A stretch of 64,000 nt of DNA from Eledone cirrhosa (taxonomy: Eukaryota), in contig OZ024742.1 in assembly GCA_964016885.1 (NCBI GenBank), positions 220,100,001 to 220,164,000 on the forward strand. Direction: 5' to 3'. The notes beneath the pieces are model-generated. The model searched no databases. It had not been told where the DNA came from and was given only the letters and a program-made list of their open reading frames with translations. How positions within the stretch are numbered: position 1 is the stretch's first letter; each line of letters opens with the position of its first letter. Of the stretch, positions 49,075 through 60,495 are shown in pieces. Made by a program: the position numbers and the translations under genes.

Positions 49075-49250
49075 ATTAATAATTGTTTCTACTTTTGGCA
49101 CAAGGCCAGCAATTACCCAGTACATTACTGGTACTTAATTTATCGACCCATAAGGATGAAAGGCAAAGTTAACCTCGGCGGGATTTGAACTCAGAATAGC
49201 AAGGGCCGTAACTCTATGCGTCAAAGCATGGCGTCCGACCCTCTACCGAT
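49075..49250 (-). mobile_element. SINE family A, young copy
   Basis: Near-identical to 9558-9752. Confidence 0.88.
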
Positions 49251-49489
49251 AGTGTATGCCTTTAACTAAAATGATATGAGTATAGAGACAGGCCTGATAG
49301 AGGATACACAGCATCAAACAAAATACAATGTATAGATAAAGTAGTTACATGGTTAGAACAAATATATGTATCCAAGCATATATAATGTGAGAGATTTCAG
49401 AGCTGGTTGCCCCTCCTAGCACAAGAAAATGATATCAATAAATATTATTGATTTAGAAACTATTTTAGATAATAATAATATATTTACAT

Positions 49490-49579
49490 ATGCATATGTA
49501 TATATACATATACACATGTATATATACATATACACATGTATATATACATATACACATGTATATATACATATACACACGT

Positions 49580-49612
<33 letters not shown>
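49490..49612. repeat. (TATATATACATATACACATG)n / (TA)n repeat
   Basis: 20-bp period read directly. Confidence 0.9.
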
Positions 49613-49613
<1 letters not shown>

Positions 49614-50057
49614 CTCAAGAAAGAACTACATGAACAGGTGTTAATCACATGATAAATCTAAGTGTGTGTGTGTGTGTGTGTGTGCGTGTCTGTATCTGTG
49701 TCTGTCTGCTTGATAAGGTCTGACTTGAGGTTATACAACCAGCATATTATAAGGAGATACCTACAGGGAAATTACACAATGAAACTGCCATGATATTAAA
49801 CATTACAAATGCATTTTGAAGATATGGGGATATTTTTAGACAATATTGATGGCTAAAATAAAGATTCCAACTGAGGTGTTGATGCCATGCAGCTTCTCTG
49901 ATATTTGCTAAAACTGAAATGAGTCTAGTAGTCTTGATAGTTACTCACAGTGTACTGAACACAGCAACCATATATGTTAAAATAGTGTTTGTAGACTTCA
50001 TCTCAACATTCATTACTGACTTGCCAATCAAGCTAAGATTCTAAAAACAAAAAAAAA

Positions 50058-50325
50058 TCTGTCTTGAGCCTAGAGGCTCATCATGCTGGTACTTATCTTG
50101 GTTTCCGTGGCATTAAGCAACTGGGAGTACAAGACTTTCCCTGGACAGGATGCCAGTCCATCGCTAGGTTAAACCCCCATCTTTTGCTGGTACTCATTTT
50201 CAACTGAGTATACCGGAACAACGTGAAATGAAGTGTTTTGCACAAGAAAACAACACACAACTCAGTCCTGGAATTAAACCCACATCATCATGATTACCAA
50301 CACACTAGGCCATGCACCTCCACAA
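50058..50325 (-). mobile_element. tRNA-derived SINE family B
   Basis: ctgtcttgagcctagaggctcatca...cctggacaggatgccagtccatcgc...gtgaaatgaagtgttttgcacaag. Confidence 0.8.
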
Positions 50326-50530
50326 GCTAACACTAAAGCAACATAATAAGCAAAGGCTTGGCTGTGTGATTAAGTTAAGAAGCTTTTGTCTTAATCATGC
50401 GCCATCAGGTCCAGTTCCACTGTGTGGCACTTTGGACAAATGTTTACTATAACCCCAGGTTGCATGATGCATTGTGAGTGAATTTGATAGATTGAACATG
50501 AACACTCTATATATATATATATATATAGAG

Positions 50531-50718
50531 TAATTGTTTCTACTTTTGGCACAAGGCCAGCAATTACAGAGTGCATTACTGGTACTTTATTTTATCGACC
50601 CCATAAGGATGAAAGGCAAAGTTAACCATGGCGGGATTTGAACTCAGACGATAAAGGACCGTAACTCTATGCTGCAAAGCATGGTGTCCGACTCTCTACT
50701 GATACTGCCAATCCACCA
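50531..50718 (-). mobile_element. SINE family A in (TA)n
   Basis: Near-identical to the other young copies. Confidence 0.88.
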
Positions 50719-50776
50719 TATATATATATATGGAATAATGGATGTTAAATAATGATGATCCCACTCTTTGTTTCTC

Positions 50777-50817
<41 letters not shown>

Positions 50818-51334
50818 TATACATATATAGACATGGTGGCTGCAAACTCTGCTAAGAGTATTGCAATCGCTTGTCAGATTACAGAAAATGGTGCACTTTT
50901 AGACTACGGCCAGCCACACAAACCTGTAACATATCCTGCACAAACAATGCCTGTGCTTTGAAGGCTTCTTCAGTGGGGGAAGGCTTTGTACTCGACCAAT
51001 CCCACTCTCTGAACATCGAAAGCACTACACGAAAAGGAGAACTGGTCAACATCATCGGATGCTTCCGAAGCTGCAGGTTTTTTTCAGAGTTTCCCTCACC
51101 CAGAAAGGTGTTGTGACAATAACTGGGGGCCTTTCACTCTCAGGTGAAAAAAAAAAAATACTATTTGGATGGCCGTTGACTCTGCTAAGTTCCTCTGCCC
51201 TTTGCCAGGTCTTTTATTTCATCCTGTAGGTTGTCCAAATATCACCCTCCTCACCAAGCAAGTGTTTACTATAACCCCAGGTTGAATGATGCATTGTGAG
51301 TGAATTTGATAGATTGAACATGAACAGTCTATAT

Positions 51335-51838
51335 ATATTGTTATACTTTGGGAGGGTCATGTTGCCAATAAGAAACACATGCACCAGTTGCTTTCACTTC
51401 AATTTATTATATATTTATAAATTTATAAATTTACAAATCTACAAACTTATAAATTTTTGGTTGGTTGGTTGGTTCCACAACCAGATAGTTGTTTATATAT
51501 AGTCATAGTCCTTTCGTCACACACTCTGTGACCTCTTCAGTGACTGGGGATTCCTTTCTTTGTTTCTGTGCCTTTCCTTTCTTCTATCCTACGCCATTTT
51601 GTTTCTGTGTGTGTGTTGTGTGCTCAGTTTGCGCATGCGCCACATCCGGGTGTCTGTGTGTGTTTGTGTTCATTTATCTATTTGTTTATTTATTTATTTA
51701 TTGTTATATAATAAATTGAAGTGAAAGCAACTGGTGCGTGTGTTTCTTATTGGCAACATGACCCTCCCAAAGTATAACAATATCGGTTTCAACACACGAT
51801 TTCAGATAAAGAATCTTGCTAAACAAATTCAGAAAGTC
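51335..51838. mobile_element. Non-coding PLE fold-back (head-to-head pseudo-LTRs) in (TA)n
   Basis: 51335-51412 is inverted at 51706-51783. HHR at 51501-51545 on the minus strand. Shares its terminus and ORF-start tail with the PLE at 52611-56944. Confidence 0.85.
51501..51545 (-). ncRNA. Minimal type-I hammerhead ribozyme motif, intact core
   Basis: AGTCA-CTGAAGA-G-GTCAC(AGAGTGT)GTGAC-GAAA-GGAC-TA-TGACT: 5-bp stem I, 5-bp stem II, CUA triplet. Confidence 0.8.
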
Positions 51839-51872
<34 letters not shown>

Positions 51873-51877
51873 TGGAA

Positions 51878-52068
51878 TAATTGTTTCTACTTTTGGCACA
51901 AGGCCAGCAATTACCCAGTGCATTACTGGTACTTTATTTTATCGACCCCGTAAGGATGAAAGGCAAAGTTAACCTCGGCGGGATTTGAACTCAGATCATA
52001 CAGGGAGGTAACTCTATACTTCAAAGCATGGAGTCCGACCCTCTACCGATACTGCCAATCCACCGCCT
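51878..52068 (-). mobile_element. SINE family A, full-length young copy in (TA)n
   Basis: Complete from ggcggtggattggcag to gaaacaattatt. Confidence 0.9.
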
Positions 52069-52079
52069 ATATATAATTA

Positions 52080-52594
52080 TAAACAGGAAAGGTCAGTAAT
52101 TTATTATTACCTTATTACCAGTAAGCTCAATGTAAGAACATCAGATGTTTTACAGAGCAGGAATATAAATTACACAATAATCAAAATTATGTTCAAATCA
52201 TTTAATTGCTGACAATCGTTTCTTCCAAACTTTTGTTGTGAGTCATCGGACCACGCACATGTGTCCTCGTTTTACAAGTAACTTTTCTCCTTAATGCCTC
52301 TTTAATTATACTATTCCCTTGTGATATCTGTCACATGCATTCCACTTTGTGCTTTTTAATTTTAATTATTGTACAATTCTCTTGTAATATATGTTGCATC
52401 TATTCCACTCTGTAAATACGAAACTGTTGTTGACAGCATTAATATCCATGTATCTATATGATTGTTCAGTTGAATAGGAGATTAACTATATGTACAAACA
52501 TTGCTAGTGCTCCGATGACTCCAAACAATAGTCTGGAAGAAACGATTGTCAGCAATTAAATGATTTGAACATAACTTTGATTATTGTGTAATTT
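52080..52594. mobile_element. PLE-type fold-back with hammerhead-like motif in both arms
   Basis: 52168-52255 is inverted at 52507-52594. Flanked by (TA)n. Confidence 0.8.
52508..52554 (+). ncRNA. Hammerhead-like motif (U4C variant)
   Basis: TGCT-CCGATGA-CTCCAAAC(AATA)GTCTGGAA-GAAA-C(GATT)G-TC-AGCA: stem I TGCT/AGCA, GUC triplet. First stem II pair is C-A. Confidence 0.62.
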
Positions 52595-53169
52595 ATATAT
52601 ATATATATATAACGGCGATGAATTAGTTTTGCGAGGTTTTTTATATGAAATCGTGTGTCGAAACAAATATTGTTATACTTGGGGAGGGTCATATTTGTGT
52701 AATATTGCCAGAATTAATAACAGAACACACTCACTGTTGGGTTGGTTTTCGGTTTTCGCTTCTGTGTCTTTTATATCGGTAATCTAATTTATTCGGTCCT
52801 CAATGTTGCCATTGACTGACCAACGGTCAAAAGTAATACAGATACAATATAGACACAAACACATATATATAGTTTATCAAAGTTCTTTCGTTGCACATCT
52901 GCAACATCGTTAGTGGTGCTATTGTTTCCTCCCGTTACATTGTATGTCTACACCATTTTTATTTAGTCTGTCTATATATTTATTTATTTATTTATTTGTT
53001 TGTTTGTTTGTTTATTTTATTTTGTCTTCTTTGCGCATGCGTTTGCATGTGTGTATAGTGTTTTGTTTGATGTGTGTTCGTGATTGTATTCTATGTATTC
53101 TATCTTTACTAGTGTGTGTTTATATGTGTTTGTTGTTATTGTGCTTGTGTATGTATTTATTTATTTATT

Positions 53170-55580
53170 TATCTATTTATTTATACTTCTCTTAGGTCAG
53201 TGTTGTTTGTTTGGGTGTTGTTGTTATTCCATTCATTCTTTCTGTTTAGTCTTGGCCTTCTAAGTTCTATTTCACTGGCCTCTCTGATTTGCCTATCTGC
53301 TGGGTCATTTCTATGTTTAGATATTATTCTAATTTCTATGTTGTCTATGTTACCGTCGTGTTGTTGTCTGGCATGTTCGTATAGTACTGACCCGTTTTTT
53401 CGTCCTTTTAGTTCCCCCCAGTGTTGGTCTATCCTTTCACCTATGCTACGAGCTGTCTCGCCTATGTATGTTGTCTTATGCTATAGACTACATTTCTAGT
53501 TTTACAGTTTATCCAGGGGTTTACCTTACATATGATACATTTCCTATTAGTACAGTGGGTTTTCTTAAAAGGGTAGGTTTTGCTGATCAGGGATTTTATG
53601 GTGGTTCCTGGCTTTTCTACCACCTTAATCTTTAAGTGGGTCTTTCTCAGGGCCTTTCTACACTGGTTAGCTAATTTCCCTCCAGGGGTAGCGTCCACAA
53701 ACATGACACTCTGGTATCTCTGGTTGTCGTACCATGAGGTGGCTTTCCCTATCTTATGTCTAACCCTGTCTAAGCTATTCCATGATTTGCTCCTGTATAA
53801 TGGGCAAATTCCTTTCATGTCCAGTTCTATGAGGGTCTTATACTTCTCCATGGCTCCTTCGTATACTCTGACTCTGTCTCTTTGATTGTAGCCAGAGAAC
53901 TGCATGCGGTTGATGAAGTGTTGGATGTGTCTTTCCATTTCTGTTGGGTCACACATGCGGGACACATTCTTCATCACTCGTACCAAATCTGCGATCAGAA
54001 TATTAAACTTAGCACTACTGGACATTGCTGAGTTTTTGAGTATCAGGTATTTGGAGGCCATGGGTTTAGCATAGTGTGAGTGGAGAATTTGGGCTCTCTC
54101 GTCTATAGTGTTAATCCAGAGTTCCGTCTAATACAGGTAGTCTATTGTTAGGGTGTTTGGAAGGGAAGTCGATAGTTACAGTTATACTCTGGTGTATGGA
54201 ATTAGCTATCTGCTGGATGCTTTCCATTGTGCTACATTCTAAATCAAACTTGTTAGTACTCTCTAGTGGGGATGTTCTTATAACTATATTGATATCGTCT
54301 ATGTAACGAGAGTACATGATGAGGTCTACGGAGCTCTCATTAAGGAGATCTTTAAGTCTCCTTTCCCACCATACCATGAAAAGGTTGGCAACATCACCAG
54401 CTATGCTGATGCCAATGGCTGCTCCCTCATTTTGGGTGTAGATCTTCTCATTGAACTTGAATATGTGGCCCTTTAGGGTAGTTTTGATACTAGCCCCTAT
54501 TGCATGTGCAACCATTTTTCTTACCTGATCATTGTTTTGGGAGGTCTGTATAGCTTTGGTCCACCCAATTCACCTTCCCATGGGAGTCTTTTTTGCCATT
54601 GAGGTTATGGTGGGGGGTCTACCTCTTATGGGTCTACTAGGGCAGAAACGTCTAAGGTCATGGCTGTCTAGGTAGTCAGTGTCGTAGGTAAGTCTAAGTA
54701 GGAGGCCCAGTTCGTCTGTGTCGACGTCGCAGAACTCCACCTCACTCTCAATGATCATCTCCACACATTTTTCCACAGCAAAATCAATGTTAATGGATGG
54801 GTACAGTGATACCACATCCATGCTGCCTATTATGCAGTTGGATAGGTTCCTGTTTTTGTTGCACTCACTTATTCTGCTGAGGAGGTCCTCTGTACTGTCA
54901 CATACATCTGGGGACATCTTGATTATGGGGCGTATAACCATTGAGAGGAAGTAGGAGATCCTGTAGTTGCTAGCTATATTAGCTCCGCATACGGGTCTTG
55001 TTGGTGGTCCTGTTGTCGGGTCGTCGACTGTCTTGTGGTCTTTGCGTAGCCCATACAAGGGTGGTATGCCATTGTTAGACGCCTGGAAGTTGTTAGCAGT
55101 GCGTCTGCTTGGCTTTAGGATGTCAGTCCACATCATCATGTGAGCATTGAGGATTTTCTCTCTCCCATCATGTGTTTGCTGTGTAATTTCGCTCGTGTTG
55201 GTGATGTGGGGTTGCATAGCCTTGATGTAGTTCGGCATGCTATCTATTGACATCCTACCAGACTTATCCGTGGGTAGACATACTACCTCACCATCCCTTG
55301 TGCGCTGCTTGAGGCTAACCAAGCATTCTACAGGTTTCCTCCCAAGTTGTTGGGCTTCTGGTCTGCTCTGTCTCTTAGTATACCGGTCTACTATTTGTCT
55401 AAACTTATTTCTAGCTATGGTGAACTGTGCCTCTGTCTCGTCATCTATTTGTTGTGGTATGCAAACTCTTTTATTAAAGGGTAACCTCGTAGGATAGATA
55501 TTACCCATCTTATATGTTTTGTCAGCTGGGTTGAAAAATAGTTTCTCTAAGGGGTTGTCATTATATCTATCGTCATAGTT
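53170..55580 (-). pseudogene. PLE RT + GIY-YIG ORF with one in-frame TGA and frameshifts
   Basis: ORFs 54570-55508 and 54111-54515 are in the same frame across TGA 54572-54570. ORF 53462-54061 and the EN tail are in shifted frames. Confidence 0.9.
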
Positions 55581-55901
55581 GTGTGTGTTGCTATTATTGT
55601 TATCATGGTGGTTGTTGTTGTTCCTATCATTAGCATTATTATTATTGTTATGATTGCTAGATGTATTGTTGTTTACTTCACCGTTATTGTTGTTGTTACT
55701 GTTATTTCTACCATTGTGGTTGTTACTTTTATTATGTTTCTTGTTTTTGTTGTGTCTATCATTAATGTTGCTACATGTATTATTTCCATTATTACCACTG
55801 TGGTTATTGTTGTTGTTGTTCGTATTGTTACCGTTGTTACTACTGTGGTCGCTGCTGCTGTGTCTGTGGTTAATGTTTCTATTATTATTATTTGGATTGG
55901 C

Positions 55902-56095
55902 AAGGGCGGTGGATTGGCAGTATCGGTAGAGGGTCGGACGCCATGCTTTCCAGCATAGTTACGTCACTTTACGATCCGAGTTCAAATCCCGCCGAGGTTG
56001 ACTTTGCCTTTCATCCTTACGGGGTCGATAAAATAAAGTACCAGTAATGCACTGGGTAATTGCTGGCCTTGGGCCTAAAGTAGAAACAATTATTA
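55902..56095 (+). mobile_element. SINE family A, full-length, at the PLE inversion junction
   Basis: agggcggtggattggcagtatcggtagagggtcggacg...gagttcaaatccc...gtcgataaaataaagtaccag...gaaacaattatt. Confidence 0.92.
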
Positions 56096-56700
56096 TTGTG
56101 GTTGTTGTTGTTCTGTCTATCGTTAGTATTATTACCATTATTACTATTTCTCACTCTCCTGCTATTGTTATTGTTATGGCTGTTATTTCTATACTCAGAG
56201 TTATTGTTTATATTACTACTACCGTTATTGTTGTTGTTTACTTTTGCATTCCAACGTATTTTTGTGAAACACTTTTCCAGCTCCGGAAATGTATCATATG
56301 TAAGGTAAACCCCCGGATAAACTGTAAAATCAGAGAGGCCAGTGAAATAGAACTTAGAAGGCCAAGACTAAACAGAAAGAATGAATGGAATAACAACACT
56401 CAAACAAACAACACTGACCTAAGAGAAGTATAAATAAATAAATAAATAGATAAATAAATAAATAAATACATACACAAGCACAATAACAACAAACACATAT
56501 AAACACACACTAGTAAAGATAGAATACATAGAATACAATCACGAACACACATCAAACAAAACACTATACACACATGCAAACGCATGCGCAAAGAAGACAA
56601 AATAAAATAAACAAACAAACAAACAAATAAATAAATAAATATATAGACAGACTAAATAAAAATGGTGTAGACATACAATGTAACGGGAGGAAACAATAGC

Positions 56701-56742
56701 ACCACTGACGATGTTGCAGGTGTGCAACAAAAGAACTTTGAT
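56701..56742 (+). ncRNA. Hammerhead motif of the PLE pseudo-LTR (second copy at 52876-52917, minus)
   Basis: Consensus of the two copies: CTGACGA-T-GTTGCA(GRTG)TGCAAC-GAAA-GAAC-TT. Each copy has one core substitution. Confidence 0.68.
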
Positions 56743-56936
56743 AAACTATATATATGTGTTTGTGTCTATATTGTATCTGTATTATTTTTGACCGTCGGTC
56801 AGTCAATGGCAACATTGAGGACCGAATAAATTAGATTATCGATATAAAAGACACAGAAGCGAAAACCAACCAAACCGTGAGTGTGTTCTGTTATTAATTC
56901 TGGCAATATTACACAAATATGACCCTCCCCAAGTAT

Positions 56937-56990
<54 letters not shown>

Positions 56991-57267
56991 GTGTGAGTGA
57001 ATGTTTGTCTAGTAAAAAAACTGGTAGATATGAAAAAGTAAAACAACACTTAATCTGGTATGAGAGCTGATACATGATTTATTTACATTGAACAAAAAGC
57101 GCTACCCAAGGTCCAATTATGACCATCTCCCCAGATTGTGAATGGTGGTGGAAAGTAGTAGAGCATAAATAAATAATATAATTGTTTCTACTTTTGGCAC
57201 AAGGCCAGCAATTATCCCAGTACATTACAGGTATTTTATTTTATCAACATATTAGTACTGTATATAT

Positions 57268-58262
57268 GGTTTCTACAGCTTGATGCCCTTCCTAACACCA
57301 ACCACATTTACAGTGAGTACTGGGTGCTTTTTGTCATGTCACCGACACAACCACTTTACAGTATGGGCTGGATGCGTTTTGTCATGTCACTTACACGACC
57401 ACTTTTACAGTGTGGGCTGGATGCGTTTTGTCATGTCACCTATACGACCACTTTGTGGGGGATGTGTGTGGATTAGGGAGGTGGGTATATGGGCGTGTGT
57501 GAGGGGTGAAGTGTTAGGACATGGGAGGTAAATGAAAGGGGGTGGAGGTGAAGGTGGTGCACACTAGATGTATGCTTCAACCTGTGTTCATGGAAGGGGA
57601 ATTTTCTGTATTACTGCATAACACCATGTCCTGTGACATCACCTTTGAGAAGTGCAATTGTGCAAGGTCAGCTTTTATCACATCATCCTAAGTCTTCCTG
57701 CGCCTTCCCACTTCATTTACGCTTTGCCATTCTATATACTACATCCATCAGATCATGCAAGCTTCAATACTTTCTAATCTTCACAAGTCCTCTGCACACA
57801 GCATACAGGTCTCCCTACCATGCAACATTGCCACATCATACAGTCTGCCTTTCATTTTGAGGGAAAAGCCTTTTGTAGTTAGTAGTGGTAGTAGCTCCTT
57901 CACCTTCTTCCATCCCATTTTCATTATGGTTACTGTACTTTCACAACACCCACCTCCACTGCTAATTTGGTCACCCAATTACCAGAAGGTGTCTACTGTT
58001 TCTACCAAACTTTCCTGTGGTCATTTGTTACTTACAGCTCCAGTGCAACAGCTACATATAAAACCTACATTCTTAGATCCCACTTCATCTCTTGTGTACT
58101 GATAGTTTGCATTTAGAAAAGAGGATCGAATTTCTACCTACACCTTTCCTACACACTGAGCAAGGCCATTTCCTTGAGGGGATTAGGGCTCTGTTTTCCC
58201 TTCTGCTTACTAGGACCTAAGTCTTTGTCAGGTTGATTTTAAAACCCTTTACTTCTAGGCCA
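57268..58262 (-). mobile_element. RTE-fragment + tail composite, inverted paralogue of 35520-39230 (without the hAT)
   Basis: Same order of parts: INLTKT/PHD/YLGDQ fragment, then gt(a/g)ttatgcagtaatacagaa...gaagcatacat tail, then 48-bp units, then SINE 3' module. Confidence 0.8.
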
Positions 58263-58443
58263 TTGCTAAAGTAATGTAAATAATATTTTTCTGTTCTATG
58301 TTATTTATTTGCAAGATATTAAAAATGTTGTATCAATAACATTAACATTTACGAGTGAGTCCTATTTTTGGTATTTTGGCACCAGTTATGGTGCAGTGAG
58401 TCAATATTTTGTATATTGATATAAGTTCATTTCTTTACATATA

Positions 58444-59022
58444 GCATCATCATCATTTTTACATCCCTTTTTCCCTGCTTGCATGGGTTGGACGGGTTCT
58501 TTTCAGCATATCATTTCTCCACTTGCCGCATTTCTTCATCACTTTTGTGAGTTTCATCAATTTGAGGTCAGCTCTCACAACATCTGCCCAGGTCTTTCTT
58601 GGTCTACCTCTATTGCGGCTTCCTTTCACTGCCATTTCCTGACACTTCCCCACCAAACGATTATCATCTATGTGCATCACATATCCATACCAACATAGTC
58701 TTCTCTCCAGCACACCACCTCAGATTCCTCTTAAACCCAGTTTCTCCCTCAGTTCATCCAAGCTCTGCCTTCTCTCACATTTACATTGCACATCCAACGA
58801 AGCATGGTTGTTTCATTCTCTCTCAATCACTGCCCATCTTTCACTACGCACGCACTTTCGCACAGAGGCGTCATATTTCCTCCTTTTGTGTGTAGGAGAA
58901 GCCTTTTGTTGTCAACAGTGGGAATAGCTCTGTAAACTTCTACCATCCTATTCTGATGCTAATTAAGACATCTAAATCAACCACTTCTACAGACCCTTCC
59001 TGTGACTTGAAGAGGTTTATAT
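58444..59022 (-). mobile_element. RTE-clade LINE 3' fragment with (GAT)n tail
   Basis: RRLCWYGYVMH...GSRNRGRPRKTWADVVRADL; catcatcat at 58445. Confidence 0.85.
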
Positions 59023-59031
59023 CACTGATAT

Positions 59032-59092
<61 letters not shown>

Positions 59093-59408
59093 GAGAGAAA
59101 AAGAGGGAAAAGAGAGTGAAAGAAAAAGAAGGGAGAGAAGAGAGAAAGAAAAAGAGAGGTAAAAAGAGAGAAAGGAAAAGAGAAGGAAAAAGAGAGAGAA
59201 AGAAAAAGAGAGGAGAGAAAGAAAAGAGAAAAAGAGAGAAAAAGAGAGAGAAAGAGAAAAGGAGAGAGAGAGAGAGAACAAGAGAGAGAGAGAGAGAGAG
59301 AGAAAAAGAGAGAGGAGAAAAAGAGAGAGAAAGAGAGAGAGAGAACAGAGAGAGAGAGAACAGAAAGAGAGAGAACAGAGAGAGATAGAAAAAGAGAGAG
59401 CGAGAGAG
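59032..59408. repeat. (GA)-rich purine tract
   Basis: Direct reading. Confidence 0.97.
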
Positions 59409-59916
59409 TTTGTTTAAGAATAAACAAGACAAACAGATGCAAAATTACAAAGTTGCATTAGGTTCATACTTGGGAAAAAATAAATATATATACCAGCATC
59501 ATTTAACATCTATTTTAATTGATAATGTTGATGACATGTTAGCAGCGATGTTTGCTGAAGTCTTGCAGCTGAGTGGTTTGATGAAGATCAACAGCATATA
59601 CCATACTTATAAAAACGTATGGGATAGGATTAGGAAGGGCATCTAAATGTAGAATACAGGCTTTAAAATGTCTTGTCCAACCCATACGAGCATAGAGAGG
59701 CAAACATAAAAATCACTATCATGATGAATATTTAACAAGCCAATTCTACCTAGCAACTAGATTATGAATTATCTGATGAACAAGTATCCATCTGTGAGTT
59801 TAGGTAACTATATCTCTTTCTCTATAACTAATTACTAAATTACTAATGCTAAAACTATTTTAGATAATAATAATAATAGTATTAATATATATATATATAT
59901 ATATATAATATGTATA

Positions 59917-59965
<49 letters not shown>

Positions 59966-60019
59966 ACAAAGAAAGAAAAGTGTGAACAGGTGTAATCACA
60001 TGAATGACATGATACATCA

Positions 60020-60050
<31 letters not shown>

Positions 60051-60135
60051 AAAGTTCTATTTAAATTGTTGGGATGCAACAAGCAAATATTTTTATAACT
60101 GATATAAAGCACTCAACAAATAATTGGAGTAAAAA

Positions 60136-60495
60136 TACGATATTAACAAATGGAAACTATATTTATAAAACCATATTTATTTCATTATACATATTTCAAG
60201 GACACCAAGTTAAATTATGGTGTGCTTTCATCAGATAAAATATAATATAGAGCAGTTTTATAAATAAATATTGACATACCCTTATAAATAAATATTGACA
60301 TACCCGGACTATCTGGAAGCTTCCAACAGTAATGGTTGCATTCTTTAAGGGTATGTCAATATTTATTTATAAAACTGCTCTATATTATATTTTATCTGAT
60401 GAAAGCACAACATAATTTAACTTGGTGTCCTTGAAATATGTATAATGAAATAAATATGGTTTTATAAATATAGTTTCCATTTGTTAATATCGTAT
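60136..60495. mobile_element. Fold-back with arms of about 150 bp and a hammerhead-like motif, next to (TA)n
   Basis: 60136-60284 is inverted at about 60347-60495. CTGATGA..GCAC(C/A)A...TGGTGT..GAAATATGTA at 60396-60442. The left arm ends in a short tandem duplication. Confidence 0.82.

Larger units (their letters stand above)
52611..56944 (-). mobile_element. Penelope-like element (C-terminal GIY-YIG; Nematis/Neptune-type by inference), 5'-truncated with inverted 3' copy
   Basis: RT: PTDKSGR, PPLYGLRKDHK, PTRPVC, GSMDVVSLYPSI, EGAAIG, YSRYIDD. Linker CxxxxCxxC. EN: NVVY...YIGETARS..ER..QH...RQIREA...LNRKNEW. 52667-53311 is inverted at 56326-56944. Both ends are in (TA)n. Confidence 0.92.

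Noticed and set aside
54570-54572. In-frame TGA in the PLE RT as possible selenocysteine or readthrough (as in Naiad PLEs)
   Set aside because: The context R*IGW suggests TGG>TGA decay of Trp. The element has a C-terminal EN (Naiads have an N-terminal EN), also carries frameshifts, and no SECIS was recognised.
52671-56940. TG...CA ends (TGTTATA/TATAACA) as an LTR retrotransposon or DNA-transposon TIRs
   Set aside because: The repeats are inverted, include coding sequence and an HHR, and the enclosed RT/GIY-YIG is Penelope-type. No PBS, integrase or transposase.
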